Shown here: positions 27,415 through 37,859 of the stretch, in pieces
How the letters are laid out: every line of letters begins with the position of its first letter
Numbering within the stretch: the first letter of the stretch is position 1
Assembly (NCBI GenBank): GCA_026393855.1
Contig: JAPKZJ010000071.1
Coordinates: 12,567-76,566 of the forward strand
Origin: Candidatus Aminicenantes bacterium
Lineage (GTDB): Bacteria > Acidobacteriota > Aminicenantia > Aminicenantales > UBA4085
Direction: 5' to 3'
Length of the DNA: 64,000 bases
Program-made: the position numbers and the translations under genes
The notes under the pieces: generated by a model
Databases searched by the model: none
What the model was told of the DNA's origin: nothing
What the model saw: only the letters and a program-made list of their open reading frames with translations

Positions 27415-30400
27415 TTATCGAACGATGATCTCGACGCTCCCGGAATGGCTGTTGAACTCGGGCGCGTACATGCACTCGATATGGGCCATGCCGTTCTGGT
27501 ATGTCCCGCGATGGACGACCCGCAGTTGGTACTCAAAGACATAGGTGCCCTTCGGCAGGTAGTCGATGAAGAAGTGGCTGGCCGTGTCCTTGGTCGCTTC
27601 ATAATAGGCCAGCCCGTCCTGGAACTTGTACTGCGACAGGACATTGACCGGCTCCAGGCCGCTGCCCCGGTGGTCCTTCATATGGACGTACTCCAGGTCC
27701 CGATCCGTTCGAAGCTCGATCCGAACGACGACCGTGTCGCCGACCGCGAGCGGCCCGCGAACCGGCTCGATGACCGGCCCCTTGGCCGTGGCCCGGCGGA
27801 CGAAGACCGTCTTCTTCAGAGTCAGTGGGTTCTGGGCATGGGGCGTGATCTTGCCGATGTCCTCGAGGTACTGCCAATGGACGCCGCCCCAGGCGATCCC
27901 GGGGTCCGTCTTCTTGACGACGATCTCGCCCATGGCGGGACGGATCTCGCCCGGCGCATACCTCTTTTCATAGAAGCCGGTCCCGGCCTCGACGGTTTCG
28001 GGCTTGACGGCCTGCCCGCCCAGCCGGACTTCAACGACCGCGTCCGAGGCCAGAATGTCCGTGCCTTTGAGGACCAGGGCATAGATCGCGTCGGCTGTGG
28101 CTTTGGTCGTCTTCCAGTCCTGGGTCTGCTTCTGCTTCAGCAGCCAGATCTTGCACTCCTCGACCGCCTTGGCATCGCCCAGGACCTCGTCGAAGGCCTC
28201 GATCATCATGGCCTGGGTCTCGATGGGCGCCCGGTACCACCACCAGGCGAGCTCGGTCTCGGCCCAGTAGCGGCCCAGCTCGGGGTCCAGCTTGCTCCGC
28301 TCTTTCATCGAGCGCATGATCTTGCCCGGCGTTGCCGCGTCCCCAAACCGTTTCAGGCCGACGGCCAGGTGGGCCTGGCTCTGCCGGTTGTCGAGCGGGA
28401 GCCAGAATTTCGCCCCTTGCCCGAGGAAATAATCAAAGGCTTTGCGGGCGGCATCCGGCACGGGCTTCTCTTTCAAGAAGAAGCTCCGGCCATAGAGAAA
28501 TAACGCGATCGTCGGGCTTAGGTGATTGAGGGCCTGGGTCTTGTCTTTGACGATCTCCCGATAGACCTTGTCGATCCATTCGTCCAGGTGATCGATCGCC
28601 TTCACGGCCAGATCTTGGGAAACGTCTGTGACTCCCAAACGCTTGAGGCGGCCGAAGCCGGTGACGAGGTAGAGGGTGATGTAGCTGTCGCCCCGGCCGC
28701 CGGGGAACCAGGGCCAGGACCCGTCGGCGAGCTGCATGGCCGCCAGCTTGCCGTAGGCGTTTTTCAAGCTCGAGGCCAGCGTGTTCTCGTCGAACAGCAG
28801 GCCGATGGCATGCTTGGCCTGGGTCTCATTCTTTGCCTCCAGCACCCAGGGCGATTCCTGAAGCAGGACGCTCTTAAGGTCCTGGTTCTTCTCCAGGTTG
28901 GAGACAAGCGCAGGCGTCCCCTTCCAAAGATCGAACACGCGCCGGATTTTGGGATCCGAAGCGGCGATGCGGCCGGCCAGGCCATTGGCGTAGAGGCGGT
29001 TGAAGATCTGCTCGGCGCATTCATAAGGGTATGCCATGAGATAGGGCAAGGCCTGAATGGCGTACCAAGCCGGGTTGGAAGCCATCTGCACGGTCAGGCC
29101 GAGCTGTCGAAGCGAGCCGGACCCGCCGGAGTCGGCCAGCTTATCGAAACGGAACGATTTCTCGCCCTTGTCCGATATCCACAGGGGGATCGATTCGCGG
29201 ACCAGCATCCTCCGGCTAAGGACGGGGAACGCCCCCTCCTCGCCGTCGGAAAAGTCCCCCGCCGCGGCCACGGCTTTATAGCCGACCGCTTCCAGCCCGT
29301 CCGGAACGGCGATGGGCCAGGCGAACGATCGGGACTGCTTGGCCGGCAAGGTGAAGGCTTGACGGCGGGACTTGTTGGCCAAGGCCGCGTCAAGCGGAGC
29401 CTCGGTCCGCGGGTCGAAAAAGGCCAGCTCGACAGCGCCGGCCTGTTCGGTCTCGGTCATATTGGTGACCTTGACGGTGAGCTCGATCACGTCTCCCTCG
29501 CGGAGGAAGCGGGGCGGATTCGGCTGGACCATGAGCTCCTTCTGGGTCACGGCCTCGGCTTCGATGGATCCGCTGCGCAGATCCTTGTCGTGGGCGAAGC
29601 CTAGGAACTTCCAGCGGGTCAAGGCCTCGGGGATCTTGAACTCGATCGTCACCGTGCCGTTCTTGTCGGCCAGAAGCTGGGGATAAAAGAATGCCGTTTC
29701 GGAGAGGTTCTTGCGGGCCTTGACGGCTGAGAGATCAACTTCGGCCGGCTTTTTCACGGGCGGCGGAGGAGCGGCGATACCGCCGACGACTCCGCCCACG
29801 ATTCCCCCGGCCATCGATTTGAGCTCGGAGGCCGGGGCAGCGGCCACATCCATAGCCATGCTCGGCTCAGCTTCCGGGATCGCGCCCGGCCGGGCCATCA
29901 TCCGGCGGGACGGATAGTCGAATCCGAACAGGCGCTCCACCACATCCTCTGGAAAACGTATATAGAGGGGCGTTGCGGTCGAGGGGATGGAGTTGAGTCG
30001 ATCGACATAGTCCCGCAGGTCCTGGCGCCGATTGCTGTAGCCGGACCGAAGATTAGTCGTGTCGGAGCGAAAGATGTTCATGACCCCGGGGAACCCGTGG
30101 CCAAGGAACTGGTCGAGAGAAGCGTCATAGAGCGAGGCGACCATTTCAGCCGCCGCCGCCGCGGCCTTGGGGCCTTTGATCTCGAGCGACCAGGTCTCGG
30201 CCTGGCCCGGGCGCAGCTTGGAGCGGAACGTCTTCCAGCGCAAGTCCAGGCGCTTATTCGACCAAGGGACCAACACCCGCCGGGTTTCCCGATAGAGCCG
30301 ATTGTCTTTGACCATGGTCAGGACGATCGTGAATCCGCCGCGGTGCTTTTCGGCTACCCGCACGGTGGTGCGGCCTTGGGTCGCCTCGGCCGAAGCCCAG

Positions 30401-33400
30401 GCCCGCTCGAGCCGGCGCCCGTTCTGATAGAAGTCGATCAGGATCGGGCCTTTCGCATACCCGGTCCCCCACCACAGTTCATAATCATCGCCGACGTCGA
30501 CAATATCCCGGCGGGAGGCGGCGTGGAATGGGACTTTGACGGGGAAGGATGTCGCCGCCGGATCGAGCACCAGGAAGGCGAACCGCGTTTCGACCGCGAC
30601 TCCATCCTTGTCCTTGGTCCGGAGCCTGGCTTGATACGCACCCGGCCCAAGATCGAACGGGATCCGGCAGGCCTGGCGTTCGTCGAGGACGGTCTCGAAG
30701 TCCCGTTTCACCACGACCGCCCCGGCCGGCCACTTGCGCCAATCCGCGGTCCGGGCGAACCCGGCTTCGGGCCCGGATGCCCCCGCTTCCGCCTCGAGGA
30801 CGGCGCTCTCGCCGATGAGGTCGGCCGGCTCGGGCCGCTCGGGCCCGAGGAGCGGGGACACCTCGATGACCCCCTTGGCCGCGACGCGCTTGCCGTTCAA
30901 GGTCAGCGTGGAAGCCGTGAGGACCACGGGCTTGCCCTTCTCCTGCCAGTCGGAGCCGGACAGCGAGGCCTCGAGCGAGGCGAACCCCACCCGGACCCGG
31001 CCTTCATCGCTGCGCGTTTCGCCCGTCCCATCGGTGACGTCGGCGGTAACCGCGAACGTGAAGACCGTACCGGGATCGGCCGGAACCGAAGCGTCGGGCT
31101 TGGCCGGAAAGCGAACCGTGAACTTTCCTTCGACGTCGGTGCGGACGGTGCCGTGGGCGATCTCCTGCGAGTCGCCGCCGGAGCCGCCGCGCCAATAGAA
31201 CCACCACCAGGGATACCGGACTTCGCGTACGACCCGGTATTTGACCGAGGCGCCGTCGACCGGAGCACCGGCATAGGTCGTCGCCGCGCCGGCGAACTCG
31301 ATCGTCTCGCCCAGCTTGAACTCCCGCTCGGGAACGGCCAGCTTGACCTCGAACTTGGGCCGTTTGTACTCCTCCACCCGGACCGACGCCTGCCCGGCCG
31401 GATTCTCCGCCTGAATGGTCATGGCCCCGGTCAGCCGGTCGGTCGGCGCGGAAAACGAGCCGCTGAAGGACCCGAAATCGTTCGTCGTCAGGCTCAAAGC
31501 CGCGATCTCCTCGCGGTTGGCGTCCCGGAAGACGACCCGCACGGACTGCTTGGGCAGGATCCGGTAATTGTCCGCGGCCCGGTCGACATTCAGGCAGAGG
31601 CCCTTGAAAAAGATCGTCTGCCCGGGACGGTAAATGGAGCGGTCGGTGAAGAAGACCGTGACGGGCGCCTCTCGTTCGGTCCGATCGTAGGACCGGTCGA
31701 TCTGCGTCTCGGCGATCTCTCCTCCATCGGCCGTCCGGACGTGAAAAACACGATTGCGATACGAGTCGCCGGCCTGAAGAAAGAAGGCGCCTTGGGCATC
31801 GGTCTTGGCCGTGCCGATCTTAACCAGGGCGGACTTGTTGTAATCCCATTCATAGGCAACGATGTCCGCGCCGGGGACCGGGTCGCCCGAGGCGGCCCGA
31901 ACGATGAGGCCTTCCGGAATGAGTCCGGCGGTCCCGGCCACGAAACCGAGGTCGGAAACCCAGAACGACGCGGCTTCGACTTTATTGGCCTTGTTCGCGA
32001 ACGACTCGTCATGGCTGGCCAACAGGTAATAAAAGCCGGGCTTGAGGGCCGGCATCTCCACCAATGCCCGGCGCGATTGATAGTCTTTGGTGGGCTTCAG
32101 GTCGGCCGACCAACGGGCCTGGGGCGCCCGGGTTAAAATCTTGGCCACGGCATCGTCGTTCAGCCAGAAGAGCGTCTCGGCCCCCCTGCCGGCCAACAGG
32201 CCGGCGAAATCCTCCCGCACGGCCCGAAAATGGAGCCGGGTGACGTTCCGGTATTCAACAACCAGCCGGGCCGGACGGTCCGGCGCCACCACCCCTTCGG
32301 TCCGGACATCGAACTCGCGGGCCGTGATGCGGGCCATCAGAACTCTGCAATTCGCCGCCCCGATCGACTTGGGGTGGGCATCGGCGCCCCGCTTGGCTAA
32401 GGCATAGGCCTGGATAAAATCGCCGGACTCGTGCACCGCTTCGGCCCAACGGGCCAGGGCGGAGGCTTGAAGCGGCGAGGCGGCATGCACCTCGACCAGT
32501 TCGCGCAGGCGCTGGATATAGCGATCGCGGGCGGCGTCGCCGGCCGAGGCTTTGGCGAAATCGAGCCGCTGGAGGTCGATATCGAACGCCGCATCGCCGT
32601 CGGCGTCGCCCTTGTGAAAGGCCAGCAGGCCCTGAAAGACTCGCAAAGCCCGCAAGGCGGGGGCTTCCTGATCCGTCGTCTCGGGTTCGTACTTCAAGAA
32701 TTCGGCCGCTGGGGCCAAGGCGGCCGAGTCAGCCGTAATCTCGAAAGCGTCCTCGGGACGGGCCGCGGCCTGCTCGCCGGAAGCATAAAACTCGAGCGCT
32801 TCGAAGGCCGCGAAATCATAGAGCGTCGGCCGCCGAGTAGACGGCTGGTCGCCCGGCAGAAGAAAGCCCAGGAAAGCCGCGATCGGAGTCTTCTTCAAGT
32901 TCTCCGCGTCCTTGAAGATGTCCTGATAGAGCCCGTCGATCGTCCGCAGCAGCCGGGGCAGGTCCCAAGTCGTGAAATCCTTGTCGTCGACACCCTCCGT
33001 CGCGGTCCGCCCGGTGAACCGCCAGCGGTTGCGCGAGAAATAGCTCCAGTACCAGCGGGCCAACACGATCCGCAGCATCGGCTTGAGCGATTCGGGAGCC
33101 TTCCCGATCTCCTCCTGCAGCCGGACGAGGCGCGGCCCCGGCTGGTTCCCTTCGATCGTCGCCTCCAGGATGAGCTGCCGGGTCAGAGCCCGCAGGGCTT
33201 CGGCCGGCTGGCGGTCCGCGGCGGAGGCGGTATAGATCTTCTTCAGCAGGTCGACGGCGGTCTGGGGCAGCCCATCCTTTTCGGCCTTGGCAACCTGGGC
33301 CCAGAGCTCGACCGTGTTCACCTTGGGTCGGTCTTGCATCGTTTTTCCTCGGATGGCGCCGGCCACGACGACGGCCAGGAGGACGAGAATGCCGATCAGC

Positions 33401-33429
33401 ATGTGCATCCGGACGGTTCTTTTGCGCAT
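27415..33429 (-). CDS. Alpha-2-macroglobulin family protein (bacterial A2M, ~2000 aa) with thioester motif
   Basis: Signal/anchor MLIGILVLLAVVVAGA; 2004 aa. Thioester-type motif AYPYECAEQIFNRL in the expected C-terminal third. Architecture consistent with bacterial MG-domain A2M proteins. Confidence 0.8.
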   Translation of the reverse strand: MRKRTVRMHMLIGILVLLAVVVAGAIRGKTMQDRPKVNTVELWAQVAKAEKDGLPQTAVDLLKKIYTASAADRQPAEALRALTRQLILEATIEGNQPGPRLVRLQEEIGKAPESLKPMLRIVLARWYWSYFSRNRWRFTGRTATEGVDDKDFTTWDLPRLLRTIDGLYQDIFKDAENLKKTPIAAFLGFLLPGDQPSTRRPTLYDFAAFEALEFYASGEQAAARPEDAFEITADSAALAPAAEFLKYEPETTDQEAPALRALRVFQGLLAFHKGDADGDAAFDIDLQRLDFAKASAGDAARDRYIQRLRELVEVHAASPLQASALARWAEAVHESGDFIQAYALAKRGADAHPKSIGAANCRVLMARITAREFDVRTEGVVAPDRPARLVVEYRNVTRLHFRAVREDFAGLLAGRGAETLFWLNDDAVAKILTRAPQARWSADLKPTKDYQSRRALVEMPALKPGFYYLLASHDESFANKANKVEAASFWVSDLGFVAGTAGLIPEGLIVRAASGDPVPGADIVAYEWDYNKSALVKIGTAKTDAQGAFFLQAGDSYRNRVFHVRTADGGEIAETQIDRSYDRTEREAPVTVFFTDRSIYRPGQTIFFKGLCLNVDRAADNYRILPKQSVRVVFRDANREEIAALSLTTNDFGSFSGSFSAPTDRLTGAMTIQAENPAGQASVRVEEYKRPKFEVKLAVPEREFKLGETIEFAGAATTYAGAPVDGASVKYRVVREVRYPWWWFYWRGGSGGDSQEIAHGTVRTDVEGKFTVRFPAKPDASVPADPGTVFTFAVTADVTDGTGETRSDEGRVRVGFASLEASLSGSDWQEKGKPVVLTASTLTLNGKRVAAKGVIEVSPLLGPERPEPADLIGESAVLEAEAGASGPEAGFARTADWRKWPAGAVVVKRDFETVLDERQACRIPFDLGPGAYQARLRTKDKDGVAVETRFAFLVLDPAATSFPVKVPFHAASRRDIVDVGDDYELWWGTGYAKGPILIDFYQNGRRLERAWASAEATQGRTTVRVAEKHRGGFTIVLTMVKDNRLYRETRRVLVPWSNKRLDLRWKTFRSKLRPGQAETWSLEIKGPKAAAAAAEMVASLYDASLDQFLGHGFPGVMNIFRSDTTNLRSGYSNRRQDLRDYVDRLNSIPSTATPLYIRFPEDVVERLFGFDYPSRRMMARPGAIPEAEPSMAMDVAAAPASELKSMAGGIVGGVVGGIAAPPPPVKKPAEVDLSAVKARKNLSETAFFYPQLLADKNGTVTIEFKIPEALTRWKFLGFAHDKDLRSGSIEAEAVTQKELMVQPNPPRFLREGDVIELTVKVTNMTETEQAGAVELAFFDPRTEAPLDAALANKSRRQAFTLPAKQSRSFAWPIAVPDGLEAVGYKAVAAAGDFSDGEEGAFPVLSRRMLVRESIPLWISDKGEKSFRFDKLADSGGSGSLRQLGLTVQMASNPAWYAIQALPYLMAYPYECAEQIFNRLYANGLAGRIAASDPKIRRVFDLWKGTPALVSNLEKNQDLKSVLLQESPWVLEAKNETQAKHAIGLLFDENTLASSLKNAYGKLAAMQLADGSWPWFPGGRGDSYITLYLVTGFGRLKRLGVTDVSQDLAVKAIDHLDEWIDKVYREIVKDKTQALNHLSPTIALFLYGRSFFLKEKPVPDAARKAFDYFLGQGAKFWLPLDNRQSQAHLAVGLKRFGDAATPGKIMRSMKERSKLDPELGRYWAETELAWWWYRAPIETQAMMIEAFDEVLGDAKAVEECKIWLLKQKQTQDWKTTKATADAIYALVLKGTDILASDAVVEVRLGGQAVKPETVEAGTGFYEKRYAPGEIRPAMGEIVVKKTDPGIAWGGVHWQYLEDIGKITPHAQNPLTLKKTVFVRRATAKGPVIEPVRGPLAVGDTVVVRIELRTDRDLEYVHMKDHRGSGLEPVNVLSQYKFQDGLAYYEATKDTASHFFIDYLPKGTYVFEYQLRVVHRGTYQNGMAHIECMYAPEFNSHSGSVEIIVR

Positions 33430-33542
33430 CGATCCTCCTGGCGCCGGGCGGCGGGCGCCGCGTTCTGGCTCCGCTCCGGATACAATCGCCCGGAGCGCTT
33501 ATTCCATTTTATATGTAAAAGCCGGCAAAGAAAAAGCCGGGA

Positions 33543-34754
33543 TTGCGCGAAAGCCGGGGCGAAGCTATATTGGGATTCCCGGAGGGCCCCATGAACGAAA
33601 GTCCAGCAGTGAATTCCCTGTCGGCAGGCGATCTGGTCGGCCTGGTCCACTCCGTCTTTCCACCCTTCCCCGGCGACAGGCTGCTGGCCGTTCTCGTGGA
33701 TCTGCCGCATGATCCCGCCTCCGACAACGCCCCCTGGCGCGAACGCCGCGGGTTGGCGGCGGCTTGGGCGGCAGCCCTGCGAGACGGAGCGACCGAGCTC
33801 CAACTGGAAGGGGTCGATCTTATCGCTTATCCCGATGTCGGCTCGAACAACGCCGATCTGCCCGCCGAGGCTTTCCTGATCGAGAGCGACCTGCCCGACG
33901 GAGCAGCCGGGCTGGCCGCGGCCGGCCGGGCGATCGCCTTTGAAGAAGTCTTCGCTTCCCATCAGCTCTACCTGGCGCCGACGGAGTTCTCGACTACGGC
34001 GCCGCTCAAGAACGCCGCCAAGCGGTTCGGCTTCCGGGCCGCGACTATGCCGGGCTTCGCCGCCTCCATGGTCCCCGCCCTGCGCATCGACTACGGGCTG
34101 GTGGCGGAACGGGTCATGGTCCTGAAAGACCGCCTCGACGCGGCGGCGCAAGCCGAAATCATTCTGGTCGCCGACGGCTTGCCGCACTTCCTGACTCTCG
34201 ACTTGCGGCACCGGACCGCGCACTCCTCGACCGGCCGTTTCCCGGAGGCCGGGACGGCCGGCAATCTGCCCTCGGGCGAAGCCTATATCGTCCCCTTCGA
34301 AGGCGGCCTCGGCGATCCGAGCCAAAGCGCGGGGACGCTGCCGGTGGATACGGGCCGGGGGCTCGTCGTTTTCACGATCGCCGCCAACCGGGCGGTCGAA
34401 GTCCGGGGCGAAGAGCCCGCGTGGACGGAGGAAGCCGATCATCTTCGGCGCGAGCCGGCCTACGGCAACATGGCCGAGCTGGGCTTCGGCGTGCTGGCCG
34501 ACTTCGGCCTCGACCCGGTCGGCGAGATCCTGCTCGACGAGAAGCTGGGCCTTCACATCGCCTTCGGACGCAGTGATCATTTCGGGGGCGCCGTCGGTCC
34601 CAAGGATTTTTCGACTCCGGCGGAGGTCATCCATCTGGACCGAATCTACATCCCGCAAAGCCAGCCCCGGGTCGCGGTTCGCTCGGTCGTCCTCGTCGGC
34701 CCGGACGGCGGCCGCGAGGAGATCATACGGGACGGGACCTACCGGATTTTCTAG
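33543..34754 (+). CDS. Putative M29-family (AmpS/PepS-like) aminopeptidase
   Basis: Blocks NLPSGEAYIVP, LHIAFGRSDHFGG and EVIHLDRIY match the conserved Glu/His/Asp metal- and substrate-binding blocks of thermophilic aminopeptidase M29. ~400 aa. The start may be the downstream ATG at 33591. Confidence 0.5.
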   Translation: MRESRGEAILGFPEGPMNESPAVNSLSAGDLVGLVHSVFPPFPGDRLLAVLVDLPHDPASDNAPWRERRGLAAAWAAALRDGATELQLEGVDLIAYPDVGSNNADLPAEAFLIESDLPDGAAGLAAAGRAIAFEEVFASHQLYLAPTEFSTTAPLKNAAKRFGFRAATMPGFAASMVPALRIDYGLVAERVMVLKDRLDAAAQAEIILVADGLPHFLTLDLRHRTAHSSTGRFPEAGTAGNLPSGEAYIVPFEGGLGDPSQSAGTLPVDTGRGLVVFTIAANRAVEVRGEEPAWTEEADHLRREPAYGNMAELGFGVLADFGLDPVGEILLDEKLGLHIAFGRSDHFGGAVGPKDFSTPAEVIHLDRIYIPQSQPRVAVRSVVLVGPDGGREEIIRDGTYRIF

Positions 34755-34763
34755 GACAGGAGC

Positions 34764-37700
34764 ATGACCATGCCGCGCCGCCTCGTTATCCTCAAAAATT
34801 GGATATTCTTTATCCTGACGGCTTTCGCTCTCCTCGGGCTTAGCTCCGCCTGTAGACCGAGGTCCGCCCCCCAAGGGGACGCCCAGATGCGGGCCGATCT
34901 CGAAGCGGGTTTTCGCCGGCCTCCGGATGAGGCCCGCCCCTGGGTCTATTGGTTCATCATGGACGGCAATTCGAGCCGGGAAGGGATCACCGCCGACCTG
35001 GAAGCCATGAAACGGGCCGGGATCGGAGGCGTCATCCTCCTCGAGGTCGACGTCGGCATCCCCCGCGGCCCGGTCGAATTCATGAGCCCGGCCTGGCGGG
35101 CCCTGTTCAAGCACGCCGTCGAGGAGGCCGAGCGGCTCGGCCTGGAGATCACTCTCAACGCCGGCCCCGGCTGGACGGGCAGCGGCGGCCCTTGGGTCGA
35201 ACCCGGCCAATCCATGCAGCATCTCGTCGCCTCGGCAACCGAGGCGGTAGGCCCGACCCATTTCGATGCCATCCTGCCGCAGCCCCCTCCCCGGCCCCGC
35301 TACTTTGGCGGGAAAGTGCCCGAGGCATTGGACAAGGCCCGGGAGTCGTTCTATGTCGATGTGGCGGTGCTGGCTGTTCCGACGACGCCTGCCGGGGCCC
35401 GCATTGCCGACATCGACGAGAAGGCGCTGTTTCTCCGGCACCCCTATTCCTCGATGGCCAAGGTCAAGCCCTTCCTGCCCGCGCCCGCAGCCTATCCGAC
35501 GGCGGCCGCATCCGCGGTCGTAGACCGCGGCCGCATCATCGACATCAGCGGCCGCCTGGAGGCGAACGGACGCGTGGCCTGGGACGTCCCGGCCGGGCGC
35601 TGGACGCTGCTGCGGTTCGGCCGCGTCAGCACCGGGGCCAACACCCGGCCGGCGCCCCTGCCCGGCTTGGGCTTGGAGTCCGACAAGTTCGATCCCGCCG
35701 CCCTGGACGCGCACTACAAAGCCTATATCGGCGCCCTGCTGGCCGAGATCGGTCCCCGCCCGGCCGGACGGCGGACGGGCTGGACGATGCTGCATATCGA
35801 CAGCTGGGAGATGGGAGCCCAGAACTGGAGCAGCGCTTTCCGGGAGGAATTCCGCAGGCGCCGCGGGTACGATCTCTTCTCCTTCCTACCGGTCTGGACG
35901 GGGCGCATCGTGGACAGTCCGGAAATCTCGGAGCGCTTTCTGTGGGATCTTCGCCGGACCGCCCAGGAGCTGGTCGTGGAGAACCACGCCCGGCACCTCA
36001 AGGAGCTGGGCCGTCGGGACGGCTTCGGCTTGTCCATCGAGCCGTATGATATGAACCCCTGCGCGGATTTGAGCCTGGGGGCGGAAGCCGACGTACCGAT
36101 GGGCGAGTTTTGGGCCCGCGGCTTCGGGTTCGACACCTCTTACAGCGTCTTCGAGGCCGTCTCGATCGCCCACACGCGGGGGCGGACGATCGTCGGGGCG
36201 GAGTCATTCACGGCGGACGACCGCGAAGCGTGGCGGCTCCATCCCGGGGCGATGAAGGACCAGGCCGATTGGGCCTTCGCGGCCGGGATCAACCGCTTCG
36301 TCATCCACCGCTACGCCCACCAGCCGCGTCTCGACCAGGCGCCCGGGATGACCATGGGGCCGTATGGAGTCCACTACGAGAGAACCCAAACCTGGTGGGA
36401 GATGTCGTCGGCCTGGAACCTCTACCTGGCCCGCTGCCAGTTCCTGCTGCGCCGCGGCTTGCCCGTGGCCGACATCCTCTACCTAGTTCCGGAGGGGGCA
36501 CCCCAGGTCTTTGTGCCGCCACCGTCGGCTCTCTGGGGACCGAAGCCCGTCCAGAATCGTGGCGTCTTCCAATTCGACGGCTGCGCCCCGGAAAATCTGA
36601 TCGAGCGGGCCTCGGTCCGGGACGGCCGAATTGTCTTCCCAGGCGGCTGCAGCTACGCCGTCCTTGTCCTGCCCGAGCGGGAGACCATGACGCCCTCCCT
36701 GCTCCGTAAGGTGCGGGATCTTGTCGCGGACGGGGCGACCGTCATGGGGCCACGCCCCTCGGCCTCGCTCGGGCTGGAAGGATATCCGGCCTCGAACGCT
36801 GAGATAAAAGGTCTGGCGGAGGAGGTCTGGGGGAACCGCCCGGCGCCGGAGCGGGTGATGAGACCGGCGCGCGCTTTCGGAAAGGGGCGGATTTTCGAAA
36901 CGCCCAGACCGGCCGCAAATCCGACGGCCGATGGCTCGATCCCCCAGTATCCCGAGTATGGCTTGACCGCCGGGGTGTTGACGGCATCGCGAACCCCGCC
37001 CGATTTCTCTTCGAACGGCGCGTTCCGTTTCCTTCATCGCCAAGACGGGGAGACAGATATCTATTTCGTCTCCAATCCGTCGGAGGAGGCCGTCAAGGTT
37101 GCCTGCAGCTTCCGCACGGCCGGCAAAACGGCTTCGTTGTGGGACGCCGTCACGGGCCGGATCCGTCCGGCGCCCGCGCTCGTCGAAGATCACGGCCAAA
37201 GCCGCATGGAATTGACGTTGGAAGCCCACGGCTCCATCTTCGTCGTCTTCCAGCCGCGCGGGGCCGCGTCGCGGACAGAGCCATCGAATGTGGCCGATCT
37301 TCGGCCGGCCGCGGAGATCCGCGGGCCGTGGGCCGTCTCGTTCGGGACGGGGCCGGAAGCGCCGGCCGAGTTCGTTCTCCCGGAATTAATCGACCTGGCC
37401 GGGCATGCCGACGAGGCTGTCCGGCATTTCAGCGGCACGACGGTCTACACCGCGGAATTCGCCGGCCCGAACCCGGCGGGCCGCGTCGTCCTGGACCTGG
37501 GCCGGGTCGAAGTCATGGCCAAGGTTCGCTTGAACGGCCGCGACCTCGGAGTTCTCTGGCACGCGCCCTTCCGGGTGGATGTCACCGATGCTTTGCGCCC
37601 GGGTCCCAACAAGCTCGATATCGAGGTCGCCAACCTCTGGCTCAACCGGCTGATCGGGGACGCCGCGCTTCCGCCCGACAAAAGGCCGGCCCGGACGACA

Positions 37701-37784
37701 TGGAATCCATACAAAGCCGACACTCCTCTGCCGCCCTCGGGGCTCATCGGCCCAGTTAGGCTGCTTGTCCCGGAAAGCCGCTGA
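34764..37784 (+). CDS. Secreted glycoside hydrolase (GH106/GH2-sugar-binding-domain-like) of ~1000 aa
   Basis: Signal peptide. N-terminal RPWVYWFIMDGNSSREGITADLEAMKRAGIGG block and C-terminal NGRDLGVLWHAPFRVDVTDALRPGPNKLDIEVANLWLNRLIGD block typical of the glycosyl hydrolase family-2 sugar-binding-like terminal domain found in GH106-type enzymes. Confidence 0.5.
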   Translation: MTMPRRLVILKNWIFFILTAFALLGLSSACRPRSAPQGDAQMRADLEAGFRRPPDEARPWVYWFIMDGNSSREGITADLEAMKRAGIGGVILLEVDVGIPRGPVEFMSPAWRALFKHAVEEAERLGLEITLNAGPGWTGSGGPWVEPGQSMQHLVASATEAVGPTHFDAILPQPPPRPRYFGGKVPEALDKARESFYVDVAVLAVPTTPAGARIADIDEKALFLRHPYSSMAKVKPFLPAPAAYPTAAASAVVDRGRIIDISGRLEANGRVAWDVPAGRWTLLRFGRVSTGANTRPAPLPGLGLESDKFDPAALDAHYKAYIGALLAEIGPRPAGRRTGWTMLHIDSWEMGAQNWSSAFREEFRRRRGYDLFSFLPVWTGRIVDSPEISERFLWDLRRTAQELVVENHARHLKELGRRDGFGLSIEPYDMNPCADLSLGAEADVPMGEFWARGFGFDTSYSVFEAVSIAHTRGRTIVGAESFTADDREAWRLHPGAMKDQADWAFAAGINRFVIHRYAHQPRLDQAPGMTMGPYGVHYERTQTWWEMSSAWNLYLARCQFLLRRGLPVADILYLVPEGAPQVFVPPPSALWGPKPVQNRGVFQFDGCAPENLIERASVRDGRIVFPGGCSYAVLVLPERETMTPSLLRKVRDLVADGATVMGPRPSASLGLEGYPASNAEIKGLAEEVWGNRPAPERVMRPARAFGKGRIFETPRPAANPTADGSIPQYPEYGLTAGVLTASRTPPDFSSNGAFRFLHRQDGETDIYFVSNPSEEAVKVACSFRTAGKTASLWDAVTGRIRPAPALVEDHGQSRMELTLEAHGSIFVVFQPRGAASRTEPSNVADLRPAAEIRGPWAVSFGTGPEAPAEFVLPELIDLAGHADEAVRHFSGTTVYTAEFAGPNPAGRVVLDLGRVEVMAKVRLNGRDLGVLWHAPFRVDVTDALRPGPNKLDIEVANLWLNRLIGDAALPPDKRPARTTWNPYKADTPLPPSGLIGPVRLLVPESR

Positions 37785-37799
37785 ATATGTAAACTCTGC

Positions 37800-37856
37800 C
37801 AATTCCGGGGAGAACAGAGCGGTTCGGCGTTTCGGCCAACGGCGAAACCGCGCGGA
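37800..37856 (+). repeat. Truncated copy (copy F) of the MITE-like repeat: 5' terminal region only
   Basis: ATTCCGGGGAGAACAGAGCGGTTCGGCGTTTCGGCCAACGGCGAAACCGCGCGG matches the 5' terminus and first module, then stops at the ABC-2 permease stop codon. Confidence 0.45.
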
Positions 37857-37859
37857 CGA

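Noticed and set aside
33396-35795. 799-aa minus-strand ORF
   Set aside because: It is antisense to the M29-like aminopeptidase and the glycoside hydrolase genes, and shows no domain signature and a biased R/G/P composition.
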